In this document: one piece after another, positions 1-9,587 of the stretch | Numbering within the stretch: the first letter of the stretch is position 1 | Layout: each line of letters begins with the position of its first letter | Origin: a virus | Lineage: Duplodnaviria > Caudoviricetes | Reading direction: 5' to 3' (one strand) | IMG/VR virus record: IMGVR_UViG_3300032132_000006 | Location: 1-63,744 of that record | DNA: 63,744 nt | Program-made: the position numbers and the translations under genes | Notes under the pieces: model-generated | The model's database searches: none | Told to the model about the DNA's origin: nothing | The model's input: the letters and a program-made list of their open reading frames with translations, nothing else

Positions 1-127
1 CAGGCACAGCGTTCTTGAGTGCTTCAGCGTTCTGCTGATCTAGTACGCGCTGAGCCATTGGAGTCTTATTAGACTTCTTGGTCGGCGTATAAATATCTGA
101 GGTATACTTACCCATTTTTAACTCCAA
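1..127 (+). repeat. Terminal direct repeat copy 1 (identical to 63618-63744); probable assembly overlap
   Basis: Exact match starting caggcacagc and ending aactccaa; 127 is a common assembler k-mer size; the repeat lies inside a gene. Confidence 0.95.
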
Positions 128-168
128 TTACATTGTGTGCATTATACACTATCTACGCCCCTTTGACT

Positions 169-762
169 TTATACAACACATTCAACTATCTTGCGGCCAA
201 AGTATGCCAGTTTATCTGTTGCGAACACATCACTATGCGACTTACTCGATACCCTGTAATCCGTCTGTTTGTTGTGATTAATACATCGTTTATCTAAGCC
301 TGTGTATCCGATTGCCCCCATTTCACCCCAAGGCCTTACCGCAGAGTAAGGAAGCCACTTGGCCCACTGAACTGGGTTATCACTGGGAGAATGCCAGATA
401 TGACACTCCTCAACGTAGTGACCAGCCGAAAATGTAGAGATCAGTGCTGGGTTTATGTAAATACTCTTGATTATCGGAGCGTGGTAGGTTGTGGTAGCAC
501 GATGTATGATCGCGCACCCGTTAGAGTGCCCTACAGCTACAACTGTGTAGCCGGCCAACTGAGCGGCCACAGCGGCCCTTGTTAATTTCTTGGCAAGCTT
601 ATCATTGCCTCGTCTTGAGCTAATCGGGTTCCAATGCTTATATTCCATCATTAAATAAGGAATGCCAGCTTCTGCAAAAAATGGCCGTAGCTTGGCGGTG
701 GATTGTCTGCCACCGTCATACACATTAAATCCATGTACGAGAATTACCAGCCACTTTCTCAC
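169..762 (-). CDS. Alpha/beta-hydrolase (esterase/lipase-like)
   Basis: ILVHGF oxyanion motif, GHSNG nucleophile elbow, later D and H candidates for the catalytic triad. Confidence 0.8.
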   Translation of the reverse strand: MRKWLVILVHGFNVYDGGRQSTAKLRPFFAEAGIPYLMMEYKHWNPISSRRGNDKLAKKLTRAAVAAQLAGYTVVAVGHSNGCAIIHRATTTYHAPIIKSIYINPALISTFSAGHYVEECHIWHSPSDNPVQWAKWLPYSAVRPWGEMGAIGYTGLDKRCINHNKQTDYRVSSKSHSDVFATDKLAYFGRKIVECVV

Positions 763-765
763 ATT

Positions 766-1017
766 TTAATCCTCGACTAATGTATAAGAAGGAAGATCAA
801 ATCCGCACATTATATACCAGCCTGCCAGACGAGAATCCGATGCCAGCCTCTCTTTGACAGTTGCTAGAGGGGCACCACAGATAAAAAACAATGCGCTATC
901 TGCAACTTCTCTGGCAGCTTCTGTCTCTGCTACCCGCACTTCTCTTTTGTATGTCCCTATAACACCGCACCCTCCAATTAATGATGCAATGATGATTGCG
1001 AAGACTATATATTTCAT
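766..1017 (-). CDS. Small putative lipoprotein
   Basis: MKY, then a hydrophobic stretch, then a LIGGC lipobox-like site; start moved to ATG 1017, which overlaps the upstream stop. Confidence 0.6.
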   Translation of the reverse strand: MKYIVFAIIIASLIGGCGVIGTYKREVRVAETEAAREVADSALFFICGAPLATVKERLASDSRLAGWYIMCGFDLPSYTLVED

Positions 1018-1526
1018 ACTGGCCACCCTTGATTAATCTCTTCATAAAACTTGGCAATCCTAGCTTCTTTGCCAGACATAGCCTTGACCGCCTCAACAAT
1101 GTCGTAACCACGATCATGCACCGCCTGTATCCTAGTGGATACACCAGCCTTTACCGCAGTTCTGTTTGCCGCCGTTAGTGTCATAGATCCGTTTCGGAAG
1201 CTAAACTTCTTAGTGCCGGTCCCTTCCAGAAGATCACTGATTACCTCAAGCTCGTCAGCTCCAACTTTAACCCCCTTCAAGATATAGGGTTTTTTCCTTT
1301 CTTCATTCTGCCTACTGGCTAACTTGCTCCTTAGCGAATCTATAGTTTTGTCTGCTCTGACAGGAGGGGCAAAATAAGGCAAATCAACCCAGCCTTTTTC
1401 AGTCCACATGCATCGCATCTCTCCAACCACTTCAGTAGTTGATGTGTGTGACGGTGGTATTGATGTACCCCGATTTGTGGGGCTTTCACCAGCATACCAA
1501 CCATATTGATTAAAAGCGTAACTCAT
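1014..1526 (-). CDS. Putative tail fibre assembly/chaperone protein
   Basis: Coupled directly downstream of the fibre gene; W-xxx-GW motif and helical C-terminus as in fibre chaperones. Confidence 0.5.
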   Translation of the reverse strand: MSYAFNQYGWYAGESPTNRGTSIPPSHTSTTEVVGEMRCMWTEKGWVDLPYFAPPVRADKTIDSLRSKLASRQNEERKKPYILKGVKVGADELEVISDLLEGTGTKKFSFRNGSMTLTAANRTAVKAGVSTRIQAVHDRGYDIVEAVKAMSGKEARIAKFYEEINQGWPV

Positions 1527-3475
1527 CTAAATATACCCTCTGATGAAAGATTTAATATTCCATGCTTAACGTAACTCACTCCAGATCCCCCATCAGGCTG
1601 TTCAGGTGACTGAAAAATTGTAGTTCCATCTGTAAGCGTTGCGTTGCCACGATACGGACCAGCACGTTCGACGGCAGCACCCTGAGTAGTTCGCTCGACC
1701 CATGTAACAAAATCAGTGCTTGTTAAAATCGATGGTGTTTCGTTACTAACTGTTGCCGGTATTAACCGCTTGAAAAACACGTACACATCGTTAATCTTCG
1801 TAAGATCTCCGGTTGTGTCTGTCGGGCCGAATCCTAGCGAAGTCCAGCTACTAGTTAGGCCAGTAGATGAAGTAAAGTATTCTTCCACCGTATTCTTAAT
1901 CACCAGAGACCCATCGGGCATTTGCCAACTAGCTTCAGGAGTCTCCATTTCCCCGACTGTCGTATACGATGACCAAGTATCTCCGTCAGCAGAATGCCAA
2001 ATAAGTGCGCCAGCACCATCCACCGCAATGAAATTAGACCCCACATAAAATACCCCAGTCTTGGCGGTGCAGGTTACAGAGGTTGTGCATGACCCCCATG
2101 TATCGCCATCGTCAGTACTAAACTCACTCTGGGCACCAGTATTGTTAGTCCTGACAACTGTTCCTGCTCCGTCAGACACAAGCCCTGTGACTGTGCCAGA
2201 TGCGCCTACTGTTGTTTTGGTTGCCCATGTAGCTAGGTCAGTAGACGAATCAACATCCTCTGTTCCTACAGTAGATGAGATGACATACTTTGTACCTGTC
2301 CAGCACGCATAACACCATCCTTGTGTGAGTGTTGAAGTCCTGTCAGTCCAAGTGATCCCGTCAGCAGATGTCTGTAAAGTTGTTGTTGAGTTGCCGTAAT
2401 CTAGGGCGATAAATACATCGTTAGCCGCATACAGCCCCATAACAAGATTATCCATTAGCGGGGCGTTACCAGTTCTATAATATGTAACAAAATCTCCAGT
2501 AAGGCTTGATACAGGTATCTTGCCAACAGTGTTGTCGTTTAGGATTATTTCTGGAGTTCCAGCAGTGGCAGTGGTTATAGTCCAAGCTGACTTAGTGCCT
2601 GAACCTACAGCGGTTTGAATTGTGATCCCAAGACTGCCATCACCAGTAAACGAAGTTGTTGCAATGCCTATCATGTAGTTTGTAGTAGGCGCAGCATCAT
2701 CAGCCACTTTCAGCTCCATGCCAATAGCGAATTCTTTTGATGACTCAACTGTAAATGTCTTTGCGCCAGTGCCTATGCTATTGGATGTTGTCGATGTCCC
2801 TATAGTGGCAATGTTAGTCGCAGCCAGTGCAGCATTAGCGGCAGAGTCTGTAACGTGTCCTGCACAGGTAACTACATCGGCGTTTGTCGTAACAACGTCA
2901 GCATTGGTCAGAGCGACATCTGCGTTAGTCAGAACAACATCGGCATTGGTTGTCACTACATCGGCATTGGTTGCGGTTACATCGTTTCCTGTTGATACCA
3001 CATCAGCGTTTGTTAACACGACATCAGCGTTTGTGGTTACCACGTCAGCAGCAGTGGCCGCTTCACTAGCAGCCAGTTGTCCCAGAGTTATAACCTGAAA
3101 TCCTGCACCGGCAGTCTTGGTTAAGGTAACCATATCGCCAGCAGTAATTACACCTGCGGCAATGCCTGTCCCAGCGTAGTCATTAATGGCCACACTAGCA
3201 CCACCGTTAACCTTAACTAACGTAGTTCCTGAGTTTGTGTATGCAGCCTCAAACCAAACTGACATCCCTTCAACGTATGATCCAAGATCTTCGTTGGTGG
3301 TCAGAACGTATAGCGCACCCGAAGCACTAGCGTCAGTAGCGTATTGGGCCATGTTCATGTCTGCTACCGCAGGATACCCGCCCAGCTCTGTCTCAATCAG
3401 CGTGAACTCATCCCTGATTGCAGAGGAGGAGCCAGATGCTAATGTAGCTGGATTGCCTGTTGCTGTATATGTCAT
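1523..3475 (-). CDS. Tail fibre / receptor-binding protein
   Basis: Follows the nozzle gene; T/A/G-rich; heptad stalk; C-terminal Asp-box-like repeats (TSADGITW, STDLATW, STDDGDTW, SADGDTW, STDFVTW) suggest a beta-propeller. Confidence 0.8.
   Translation of the reverse strand: MTYTATGNPATLASGSSSAIRDEFTLIETELGGYPAVADMNMAQYATDASASGALYVLTTNEDLGSYVEGMSVWFEAAYTNSGTTLVKVNGGASVAINDYAGTGIAAGVITAGDMVTLTKTAGAGFQVITLGQLAASEAATAADVVTTNADVVLTNADVVSTGNDVTATNADVVTTNADVVLTNADVALTNADVVTTNADVVTCAGHVTDSAANAALAATNIATIGTSTTSNSIGTGAKTFTVESSKEFAIGMELKVADDAAPTTNYMIGIATTSFTGDGSLGITIQTAVGSGTKSAWTITTATAGTPEIILNDNTVGKIPVSSLTGDFVTYYRTGNAPLMDNLVMGLYAANDVFIALDYGNSTTTLQTSADGITWTDRTSTLTQGWCYACWTGTKYVISSTVGTEDVDSSTDLATWATKTTVGASGTVTGLVSDGAGTVVRTNNTGAQSEFSTDDGDTWGSCTTSVTCTAKTGVFYVGSNFIAVDGAGALIWHSADGDTWSSYTTVGEMETPEASWQMPDGSLVIKNTVEEYFTSSTGLTSSWTSLGFGPTDTTGDLTKINDVYVFFKRLIPATVSNETPSILTSTDFVTWVERTTQGAAVERAGPYRGNATLTDGTTIFQSPEQPDGGSGVSYVKHGILNLSSEGIFR
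2864..3052 (-). repeat. About nine tandem 7-aa (21-bp) repeats, consensus NADVVxT, in the tail fibre
   Basis: Directly visible in the translation. Confidence 0.9.
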
Positions 3476-3478
3476 AGC

Positions 3479-5878
3479 TTATTCTCTCAATAATCTTCTT
3501 GTAGTGAACCGAAGTGTCGCACCTGACAGCCTCATCGGTGTGAAGTAATCTGAATCTTTAACGATGATCAACGCTATGTTCTCTGCGCTGCCATGTAGTG
3601 CCTCTGCTTTCGGTGATAGAGACTGTGTATCCCATATGAATGAGTCCCAATCGAAGATATCCCAGCGGGACTCCGAGAGAGCAGCAGTAATATCCACGGC
3701 CACCGGCTGAGGTATATCAGCAGATCCGTAGCCTAACTCGTAAGAGAAACTGTATTCTGCATACCCGTTACCACTTACTTCAAACACAATACCGAGATAG
3801 TCTTTGATGTACCGCAGATACTTGCTGTAAGCGAAGTGGAAGAACATAAACGCATCGATGTTATCCCCATCAAAGGATGTGCCCTTATCCATCTCGTAGA
3901 CCATGCCATCATCGGACCCGAACTTGATCACCTCATTACCAGCACTATCCTCTAACGAATACATACAGGTGACAACATGATCAAGCAGAATGGGCATTAT
4001 ACCACGGACAGTATCTCCATCCATTGTGATATAGAAGGCAGTACCGTCTGAGTAAAATATTCTGTACTGGTTCTTGTCCCTAACAATGCACGATGCAACA
4101 GCTAACGTTTTCTTACTGTCGAACGCAGTCTGGATATCTCTTGTTAATGTAGAGTGTTGGAAGTTACCAAAGTCTTGAGCCGTTCTGAGCTGGGCAATAC
4201 CACGATCATCTTGGAATACTGTCTGCACCATGCTCTGGGCAGTGTAAGGATATGATCCTATTTCACCTCGGTACTTTGTAAGCTCCCAGTCAGAAGAGGA
4301 TGATCCATATAATATGTGTATTGTGTTTCGGTTGTGTATGCCTAGAGCGGATCCTAACTGTGAGCTGGGTTCAGCCACGAAGTTAGTTATCGTATCGCCT
4401 GTTGCCAATTCAGCAGCACCTGACACTGGGGTCCACTCGTAAGGAGTATTGATACCTGAGTGCTGAGCAGAAGCCCCGTAGGAAAAGAACAAATGATTCT
4501 TATGCACTATGACGTGCGTAGGCGTATCGGTTGTCATCCCTGTGTCAATTGGAATGTAAGTAGTCCCGTCGAATTCAAAGCCTCTATTGACCGTATCGCA
4601 ACCATATATTCTTTGCGTAGCGGCCTCACCACCGAACTGATTGATCACCATTTCATATCGGCCAGATGGACTTAATGTAATTGCAGTACCGTCTGCCGCG
4701 ATAGTGGCAACATTAACTGCGGCTATTTCTAAACCCTCCGCTTGGAATGCTCCTGACTGAGTAAGGTAAATAAACCTGCCTACAGCATCGCCTCCAGCCC
4801 ATGTACCGCTTTCTAACACTACGCCGGTCAATACAGCAGTTTCACCAGAGACATCGCCTGTGATCGTATCACCGACCGCTGGCACAGTTGTTCCACCAGA
4901 TGTGAAGGATATCTCGTAACCTAAAGGTATTTGCGTCCATCCCGAAGAGGTAGACTTGAATAGATCCGCAGCAGTACCACCAGCGTTATTCCTGAAGCAA
5001 TAGTCCACATCATTCAACATGGTTATGCCAAGGATATCTCCGCTACCTGCGGCCACCGCAATATCACCACGATATTCATCGGCAGCTAGGTTTAGATACT
5101 GTCCATTTAATTGAGCTGATGGCGCACCACCAACAACAGCCAGCGATGCAGCGGTACCTTCTGTTGGTGCAGATAGTGCTGAGATGCCAGATATAGTATA
5201 ACTAACAACTCCACTAGAGCGCTTGAAAGTAATCGATGTGGCGTCAAGGGTTTGTATCGATGAGTGGGCCCCGTTAGTTGTGAAGCTGTAGGTGGGTGCG
5301 CCAGCATCAGCGGAGCCGGCTCCTGATATTCCTGCGACCGTAAAGCTAACAAACACTTGCTCGTTCGTTAACCCGCTCATCTCCAAGATGTTGTACGAGC
5401 CGTCACCTGTGTATGTATAACTGCCCCCTCCGTTATCTACCCAGTGAGTCCCAATGGTTGTTGGGGGGTCGGTCCACACATCACTGCCCAGCACCAGCAA
5501 ATCACTGGTCGCATCAAACGTGCCTGTGATCTTCGTTATGACTAAGTAATTAGGCGTAGTAGTAGTGACAACAGCGAGGACAACAGCAGTGGCCCCAGAG
5601 GTCTCCTGTAGGATCGTATCGCCTACGGAGAAATCACCGGATATTGTTACGTCGATTACTGCGTAGGTTGCATCGGAAGGCTTGGGGTTACCGTCGAATC
5701 TTTCATATCCCTCGATATCAATATACCCACCACGAACACCAATCTCGTAATTCTTTGATGACTTGAGTCTACCTTGGGGCACATCCCATTGAGGAGTCTC
5801 GGTGTCTAGGCCTTCGCCAAACGAAATGTAATCCGTCTTGACTTGAGGCAGAGGAAACTTACGCTTTCGCTTGAACAT
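3479..5878 (-). CDS. Podovirus tail nozzle / packaged-DNA stabilisation protein
   Basis: 799 aa, beta-rich, between adaptor and fibre; GLDT N-terminus and GYERFDG motif. Confidence 0.7.
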   Translation of the reverse strand: MFKRKRKFPLPQVKTDYISFGEGLDTETPQWDVPQGRLKSSKNYEIGVRGGYIDIEGYERFDGNPKPSDATYAVIDVTISGDFSVGDTILQETSGATAVVLAVVTTTTPNYLVITKITGTFDATSDLLVLGSDVWTDPPTTIGTHWVDNGGGSYTYTGDGSYNILEMSGLTNEQVFVSFTVAGISGAGSADAGAPTYSFTTNGAHSSIQTLDATSITFKRSSGVVSYTISGISALSAPTEGTAASLAVVGGAPSAQLNGQYLNLAADEYRGDIAVAAGSGDILGITMLNDVDYCFRNNAGGTAADLFKSTSSGWTQIPLGYEISFTSGGTTVPAVGDTITGDVSGETAVLTGVVLESGTWAGGDAVGRFIYLTQSGAFQAEGLEIAAVNVATIAADGTAITLSPSGRYEMVINQFGGEAATQRIYGCDTVNRGFEFDGTTYIPIDTGMTTDTPTHVIVHKNHLFFSYGASAQHSGINTPYEWTPVSGAAELATGDTITNFVAEPSSQLGSALGIHNRNTIHILYGSSSSDWELTKYRGEIGSYPYTAQSMVQTVFQDDRGIAQLRTAQDFGNFQHSTLTRDIQTAFDSKKTLAVASCIVRDKNQYRIFYSDGTAFYITMDGDTVRGIMPILLDHVVTCMYSLEDSAGNEVIKFGSDDGMVYEMDKGTSFDGDNIDAFMFFHFAYSKYLRYIKDYLGIVFEVSGNGYAEYSFSYELGYGSADIPQPVAVDITAALSESRWDIFDWDSFIWDTQSLSPKAEALHGSAENIALIIVKDSDYFTPMRLSGATLRFTTRRLLRE

Positions 5879-6588
5879 TATGCTAATGGCCTCGCTAATG
5901 AGAACTGTTCTAACTGGTTCCTTTCTAGCTGCCGCATATACTTTCGGGTCATCTTCTCAGAGTGCTCTAACACTTCTGGTGCTGACTGACGATACCCGTA
6001 ATGCTCCAGTGCAAGCCAAACAATCAGATTATGGAACTGTACCGGCATCTCTGGCACATCAGCATCTAAAGCAAGGATCTGAGGTGATCTGTAATACTCA
6101 CTGGTGATTGTGTACAGACCATTAGGAGCTGGGCCTACAACGATCTCATCCTGTGGATTAAACGTAATGTGGGCAGGGTAAGAGTCAACCTGATTGCTTA
6201 TCTTGTAGATTTGCTGGAACCAATCCCATGGAGCAACTGACATCCAAGTTTGGGTGCCTGCTCCAGATGAAGTAAGGTAGATCTTTGGTGGGGTGCGCTT
6301 ATCATTAAAACGCCACTCAGAGAATCGAGTGATTGGGTTCCCAGTGGTTGAGTCTACAGCTTGATCCCATGCATAGGTATCAACAGTATCAACGGTGGGG
6401 AGTGTGAATTCGTGTCGGAGCCAGCGCCAGTGGCCGCCGTTCCTGTTTTGTAGCTCAGTGTATGCGTTCTTAACCCACCGAACGACATCGGCATTCAAGC
6501 CTGTCTGCCCTATAGTGGTGACGGGGCCAGTACCAGAGATACCAGCCTCGCGTGCAGTGTCTTGACAAAGTTGTAAAAAAGTAGCCAT
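5878..6588 (-). CDS. Head-tail adaptor (gatekeeper) protein
   Basis: MxTFLQLCQ start, P.PNG.YTI and MP.QFH.LIVW motifs; lies just before the nozzle. Confidence 0.7.
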   Translation of the reverse strand: MATFLQLCQDTAREAGISGTGPVTTIGQTGLNADVVRWVKNAYTELQNRNGGHWRWLRHEFTLPTVDTVDTYAWDQAVDSTTGNPITRFSEWRFNDKRTPPKIYLTSSGAGTQTWMSVAPWDWFQQIYKISNQVDSYPAHITFNPQDEIVVGPAPNGLYTITSEYYRSPQILALDADVPEMPVQFHNLIVWLALEHYGYRQSAPEVLEHSEKMTRKYMRQLERNQLEQFSLARPLA

Positions 6589-6643
6589 TCGTTACGCCTA
6601 TTGACCCCTAGCCTATGGAGACAACGGGCCTAACCAATTAATA

Positions 6644-7267
6644 TTACTTCTGTCGTAAAACGACCTGAAGCCATGCCCGACCAACAGGAGTATCTTGCAT
6701 TACCGAGAAAGGATAGCGTAAGCCTCTTGTTCCTTTGTTCTCAGTAAATACATTACCATGCCTATCTAACTTCTCTACGTTGTTAAATGTCTCTGGCTTT
6801 GCTCTGGCCAATGTCTCTACAATATATCGAGGGACGGCCTTAGTCTCACCGAAGTTGAAGAAGTGCTTCTTGTTGTTCACTGACACCATAAAGGTCTCAA
6901 CCTCAAGATCATTGTTAGACTCATGTATATGAATCGTAACCATCTCTTGCATGAACCGCTCTATCTTCATCTTGTCTTGGAACTGGGGAGAGTTGATATC
7001 AAATGTACCTTGTATGATATCGCTGTCCACCGTATCTACATTGGTGCCTTCACCCAGATCAAACGAACGAGCATCTGTTTCCTTTCGGACTGTTACAGGT
7101 GTGTCCTTCGCCTTGAGCATTTCGAGTATGGCTTTGTTAACCGCGCCCTGCTCGTTAATTGTTTCACGCAACTCAGTCATTGCGTTATCAGTATTCTCGA
7201 CAACCTTGTCCAAATTCTCTGCAACTTTGGCTATCGTCAACTTGGGTTCTTTCTTTGCTGTGGTCAT
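6644..7267 (-). CDS. Virion/morphogenesis protein downstream of the capsid gene
   Basis: V-VN...VPRYIVETLARAK...RYPFSV pattern that I associate with N4-type capsid loci. Confidence 0.5.
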   Translation of the reverse strand: MTTAKKEPKLTIAKVAENLDKVVENTDNAMTELRETINEQGAVNKAILEMLKAKDTPVTVRKETDARSFDLGEGTNVDTVDSDIIQGTFDINSPQFQDKMKIERFMQEMVTIHIHESNNDLEVETFMVSVNNKKHFFNFGETKAVPRYIVETLARAKPETFNNVEKLDRHGNVFTENKGTRGLRYPFSVMQDTPVGRAWLQVVLRQK

Positions 7268-7308
7268 ATTGATCCCCGTAAAGTAATGGGGCTGTTAAGC
7301 CCCTAAGA

Positions 7309-7842
7309 TTAGCTTGCTTGTGTAGCTGTCATTCCATCTTGAACTGAACACATACCGTCTAGGTACCAGTTAGTCCCATCAGACCAGAAGTGAGCGTAGT
7401 CACCATGCAATGCTTTGCTCGCAATGAAACTGACAGTATCAGAATCCACTGCAACCGATACACTACCAGCAGCATCTTCAGGTGAACATAAGTTACCGTT
7501 GATGATGTTAGCAGATGCGTTAGTTACAACTGTGTGTGAAGTTGTTGGCTCTGTAGCACCAATACGGAAAGTGAACTCTAATCCAGCAGCAGGCGCAGGC
7601 AATGTGCTTACGAATGCAGTAGCTGTATTTAGAATGAAAGTCTTTCCAGTTTCAGATGCTTCGATAACGTTAGTGGTAGTAACCACCTCAATTAAGTCGG
7701 CTTTGCTCAACTGCTTCAACTCAGTCATGTCAATTTCAGTTGTAGAGCCATCGGCATTAACAACATTAATTTTAGAAGTCTTGCCCATTCGCAGATAATC
7801 TGTGATGGTTAATTTGTCTTGTCTATCGTGTAATCTACTCAT
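7309..7842 (-). CDS. Putative capsid decoration / minor structural protein
   Basis: TLPAPAAGLEFTF and SDGTNWY motifs; beta-rich; in the capsid operon. Confidence 0.5.
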   Translation of the reverse strand: MSRLHDRQDKLTITDYLRMGKTSKINVVNADGSTTEIDMTELKQLSKADLIEVVTTTNVIEASETGKTFILNTATAFVSTLPAPAAGLEFTFRIGATEPTTSHTVVTNASANIINGNLCSPEDAAGSVSVAVDSDTVSFIASKALHGDYAHFWSDGTNWYLDGMCSVQDGMTATQAS

Positions 7843-7896
7843 GGTATTATCCTATAAGAATAGCGTAACCCCCACCGAAGCAGGGGAACGAAGGGT

Positions 7897-8379
7897 TTAT
7901 ACAGATACTGGACGGAAAGGCATAGAGCCTACGTCACTGTATGTGTCAACAACGCCAGTTGCTGTCCAGTTGCTTGAGCCGAAAGTCCATGCCGAACCAG
8001 TGCTTCCGTTCTTAATAACTGCGTAGCCGAAAGGCATTACAGTATCGAGAACTGAAGGAAACTCTAGGTTAAACAGAGGCTCATCAGTGTCAGCATCCAT
8101 TGCAACTACCGGACCCTGTTGAACTGCGATGGTGCCAGCAGCAACAATACCGAAGACGAATACACATGCCTCACTCGCAGCCAAAGCTGTGAATGCGTCA
8201 CCTGATGCGTCAGTAGTTGGTGTAGCGGTGTTAGTTTGAGCTGCCAGAGCAGTTGCAAATACACCTTCGATGAAACCGGCAGTAGCAGCAGCGGTAGTAT
8301 AAGTGCTGGTAGTACCAGCAGCCAATCCAGCCTTAGCTACACTGAGAGTCATCCCGTTGTAAAAATTTTGAGATCCCAT
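7897..8379 (-). CDS. Putative head decoration/cement protein
   Basis: A/T/G-rich 160-aa protein immediately after the major capsid gene. Confidence 0.55.
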   Translation of the reverse strand: MGSQNFYNGMTLSVAKAGLAAGTTSTYTTAAATAGFIEGVFATALAAQTNTATPTTDASGDAFTALAASEACVFVFGIVAAGTIAVQQGPVVAMDADTDEPLFNLEFPSVLDTVMPFGYAVIKNGSTGSAWTFGSSNWTATGVVDTYSDVGSMPFRPVSV

Positions 8380-8397
8380 GATCTTATCTCTCTCTAT

Positions 8398-8426
8398 AAA
8401 TTAATAAAGAGGGCCGTTAAGCCCTC
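8398..8426 (-). terminator. Putative intrinsic terminator after the major capsid gene
   Basis: GAGGGC-ttaacg-GCCCTC followed by TTTATTAATTT on the - strand; a similar hairpin lies at 7287-7304. Confidence 0.55.
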
Positions 8427-8433
8427 GACTCGA

Positions 8434-9471
8434 TTAAAGGTCAGTAACACCGCACTCTAACACTGCCATCCATCCATCGTTCTGAACGAAAGAAGCAGAG
8501 TAGAACTTAGCACCAATGTAACCACGCTGACCCAGAGGATCATTCTTGTCTTTCTGGTTTGCAGGAATGCTAGTAGGCTCGAAAGAGTCCATACCACGTA
8601 GAGCGACATCGCCCCATGCATCCTCGGCTACGATGATCATTGGATAAACGTCAACCAATGTACCAGAAGTAACCAGACCAGTTGTCCCGACAGCAGCACC
8701 TGAATCAGTGATAGGCTTTAACTGAGGAGATATGATGAAACGATATCTGTCAGTAGAACCTAGCTCTAATGAGTGCATTACTTTGCGTGAACCATACTCA
8801 GAAACCGCTGTGAATCCAGCAAGCTCTCGAATGTCGTTCTCACAATCGCTGTGGCAGAACACCAAGTATCCAGCTTCAACTGGAGCAGTGTTGTAGTCGG
8901 GTGAAGCAGAAAGGATCTTAGTGATCATCTTGCCTTCGTTACCAGCTATAGAGCGGGTGACGTTACGCAAGTTGCCCAAAGAAACAGCTTCGTCAACAGT
9001 TAGTCGAGTAGTACCACCAGAGTAGAACTTGTTAGTACAGCCTTTCAAAGCACCGTAGCGAATCAATTCGCGAACAAGACCCATACGCTCACCACACTGA
9101 ACTTTCATAGCTTCAGGAATGTTGTCTTCGTAGAGATCTGCTGTCTTATCAGAGTACTGATACAAGCAGCTATACTGACGAAGCTTAACTGTGATGTCCT
9201 GTGGAACTAGGGTATCAGCATCAGGTGTAACACCTTCAGTTGTAAGATGAGCGTTCTCATCCACTACCCACTCGTTGATAGTAGTAGCGTTAGTTGTAGC
9301 ACCACCATAAGGAAGCCAACGACGAAAGATGATCGTGTCGGATTGATTCTTGCCCATCTTGTGCATTGAGCCTGTGATGCCCAGCACTTCAGAGGGGATT
9401 GCGTGCTTTAATATCGCGCCTTTGAGCTTCCCAATTCGGGCCGCTTCAGTGTTAAAATTTTGGATTGCCAT
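8434..9471 (-). CDS. Major capsid protein, N4-gp56 family
   Basis: LTTEGVTP, VYPMIIVAEDAWG.VAL and DPLGQRGYIGAK motifs. Confidence 0.9.
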   Translation of the reverse strand: MAIQNFNTEAARIGKLKGAILKHAIPSEVLGITGSMHKMGKNQSDTIIFRRWLPYGGATTNATTINEWVVDENAHLTTEGVTPDADTLVPQDITVKLRQYSCLYQYSDKTADLYEDNIPEAMKVQCGERMGLVRELIRYGALKGCTNKFYSGGTTRLTVDEAVSLGNLRNVTRSIAGNEGKMITKILSASPDYNTAPVEAGYLVFCHSDCENDIRELAGFTAVSEYGSRKVMHSLELGSTDRYRFIISPQLKPITDSGAAVGTTGLVTSGTLVDVYPMIIVAEDAWGDVALRGMDSFEPTSIPANQKDKNDPLGQRGYIGAKFYSASFVQNDGWMAVLECGVTDL

Positions 9472-9587
9472 GATAAAACTCCATTAATCCAATTAATAAA
9501 AAATACTCCCACAAGGAGAGACCAATTTTACAAAGGACAATGGAGTCGTTTGTTTATATTTGTCGGGGCTATTGCGCCAACTGTGTC

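Noticed and set aside
1-127. 127-bp terminal repeat as a biological terminal redundancy
   Set aside because: It lies inside a coding gene and equals a common assembler k-mer; it is best read as evidence of circular completeness only
1523-3475. Diversity-generating retroelement or invertible tail-fibre system
   Set aside because: No reverse transcriptase, invertase or template/variable repeat pair seen
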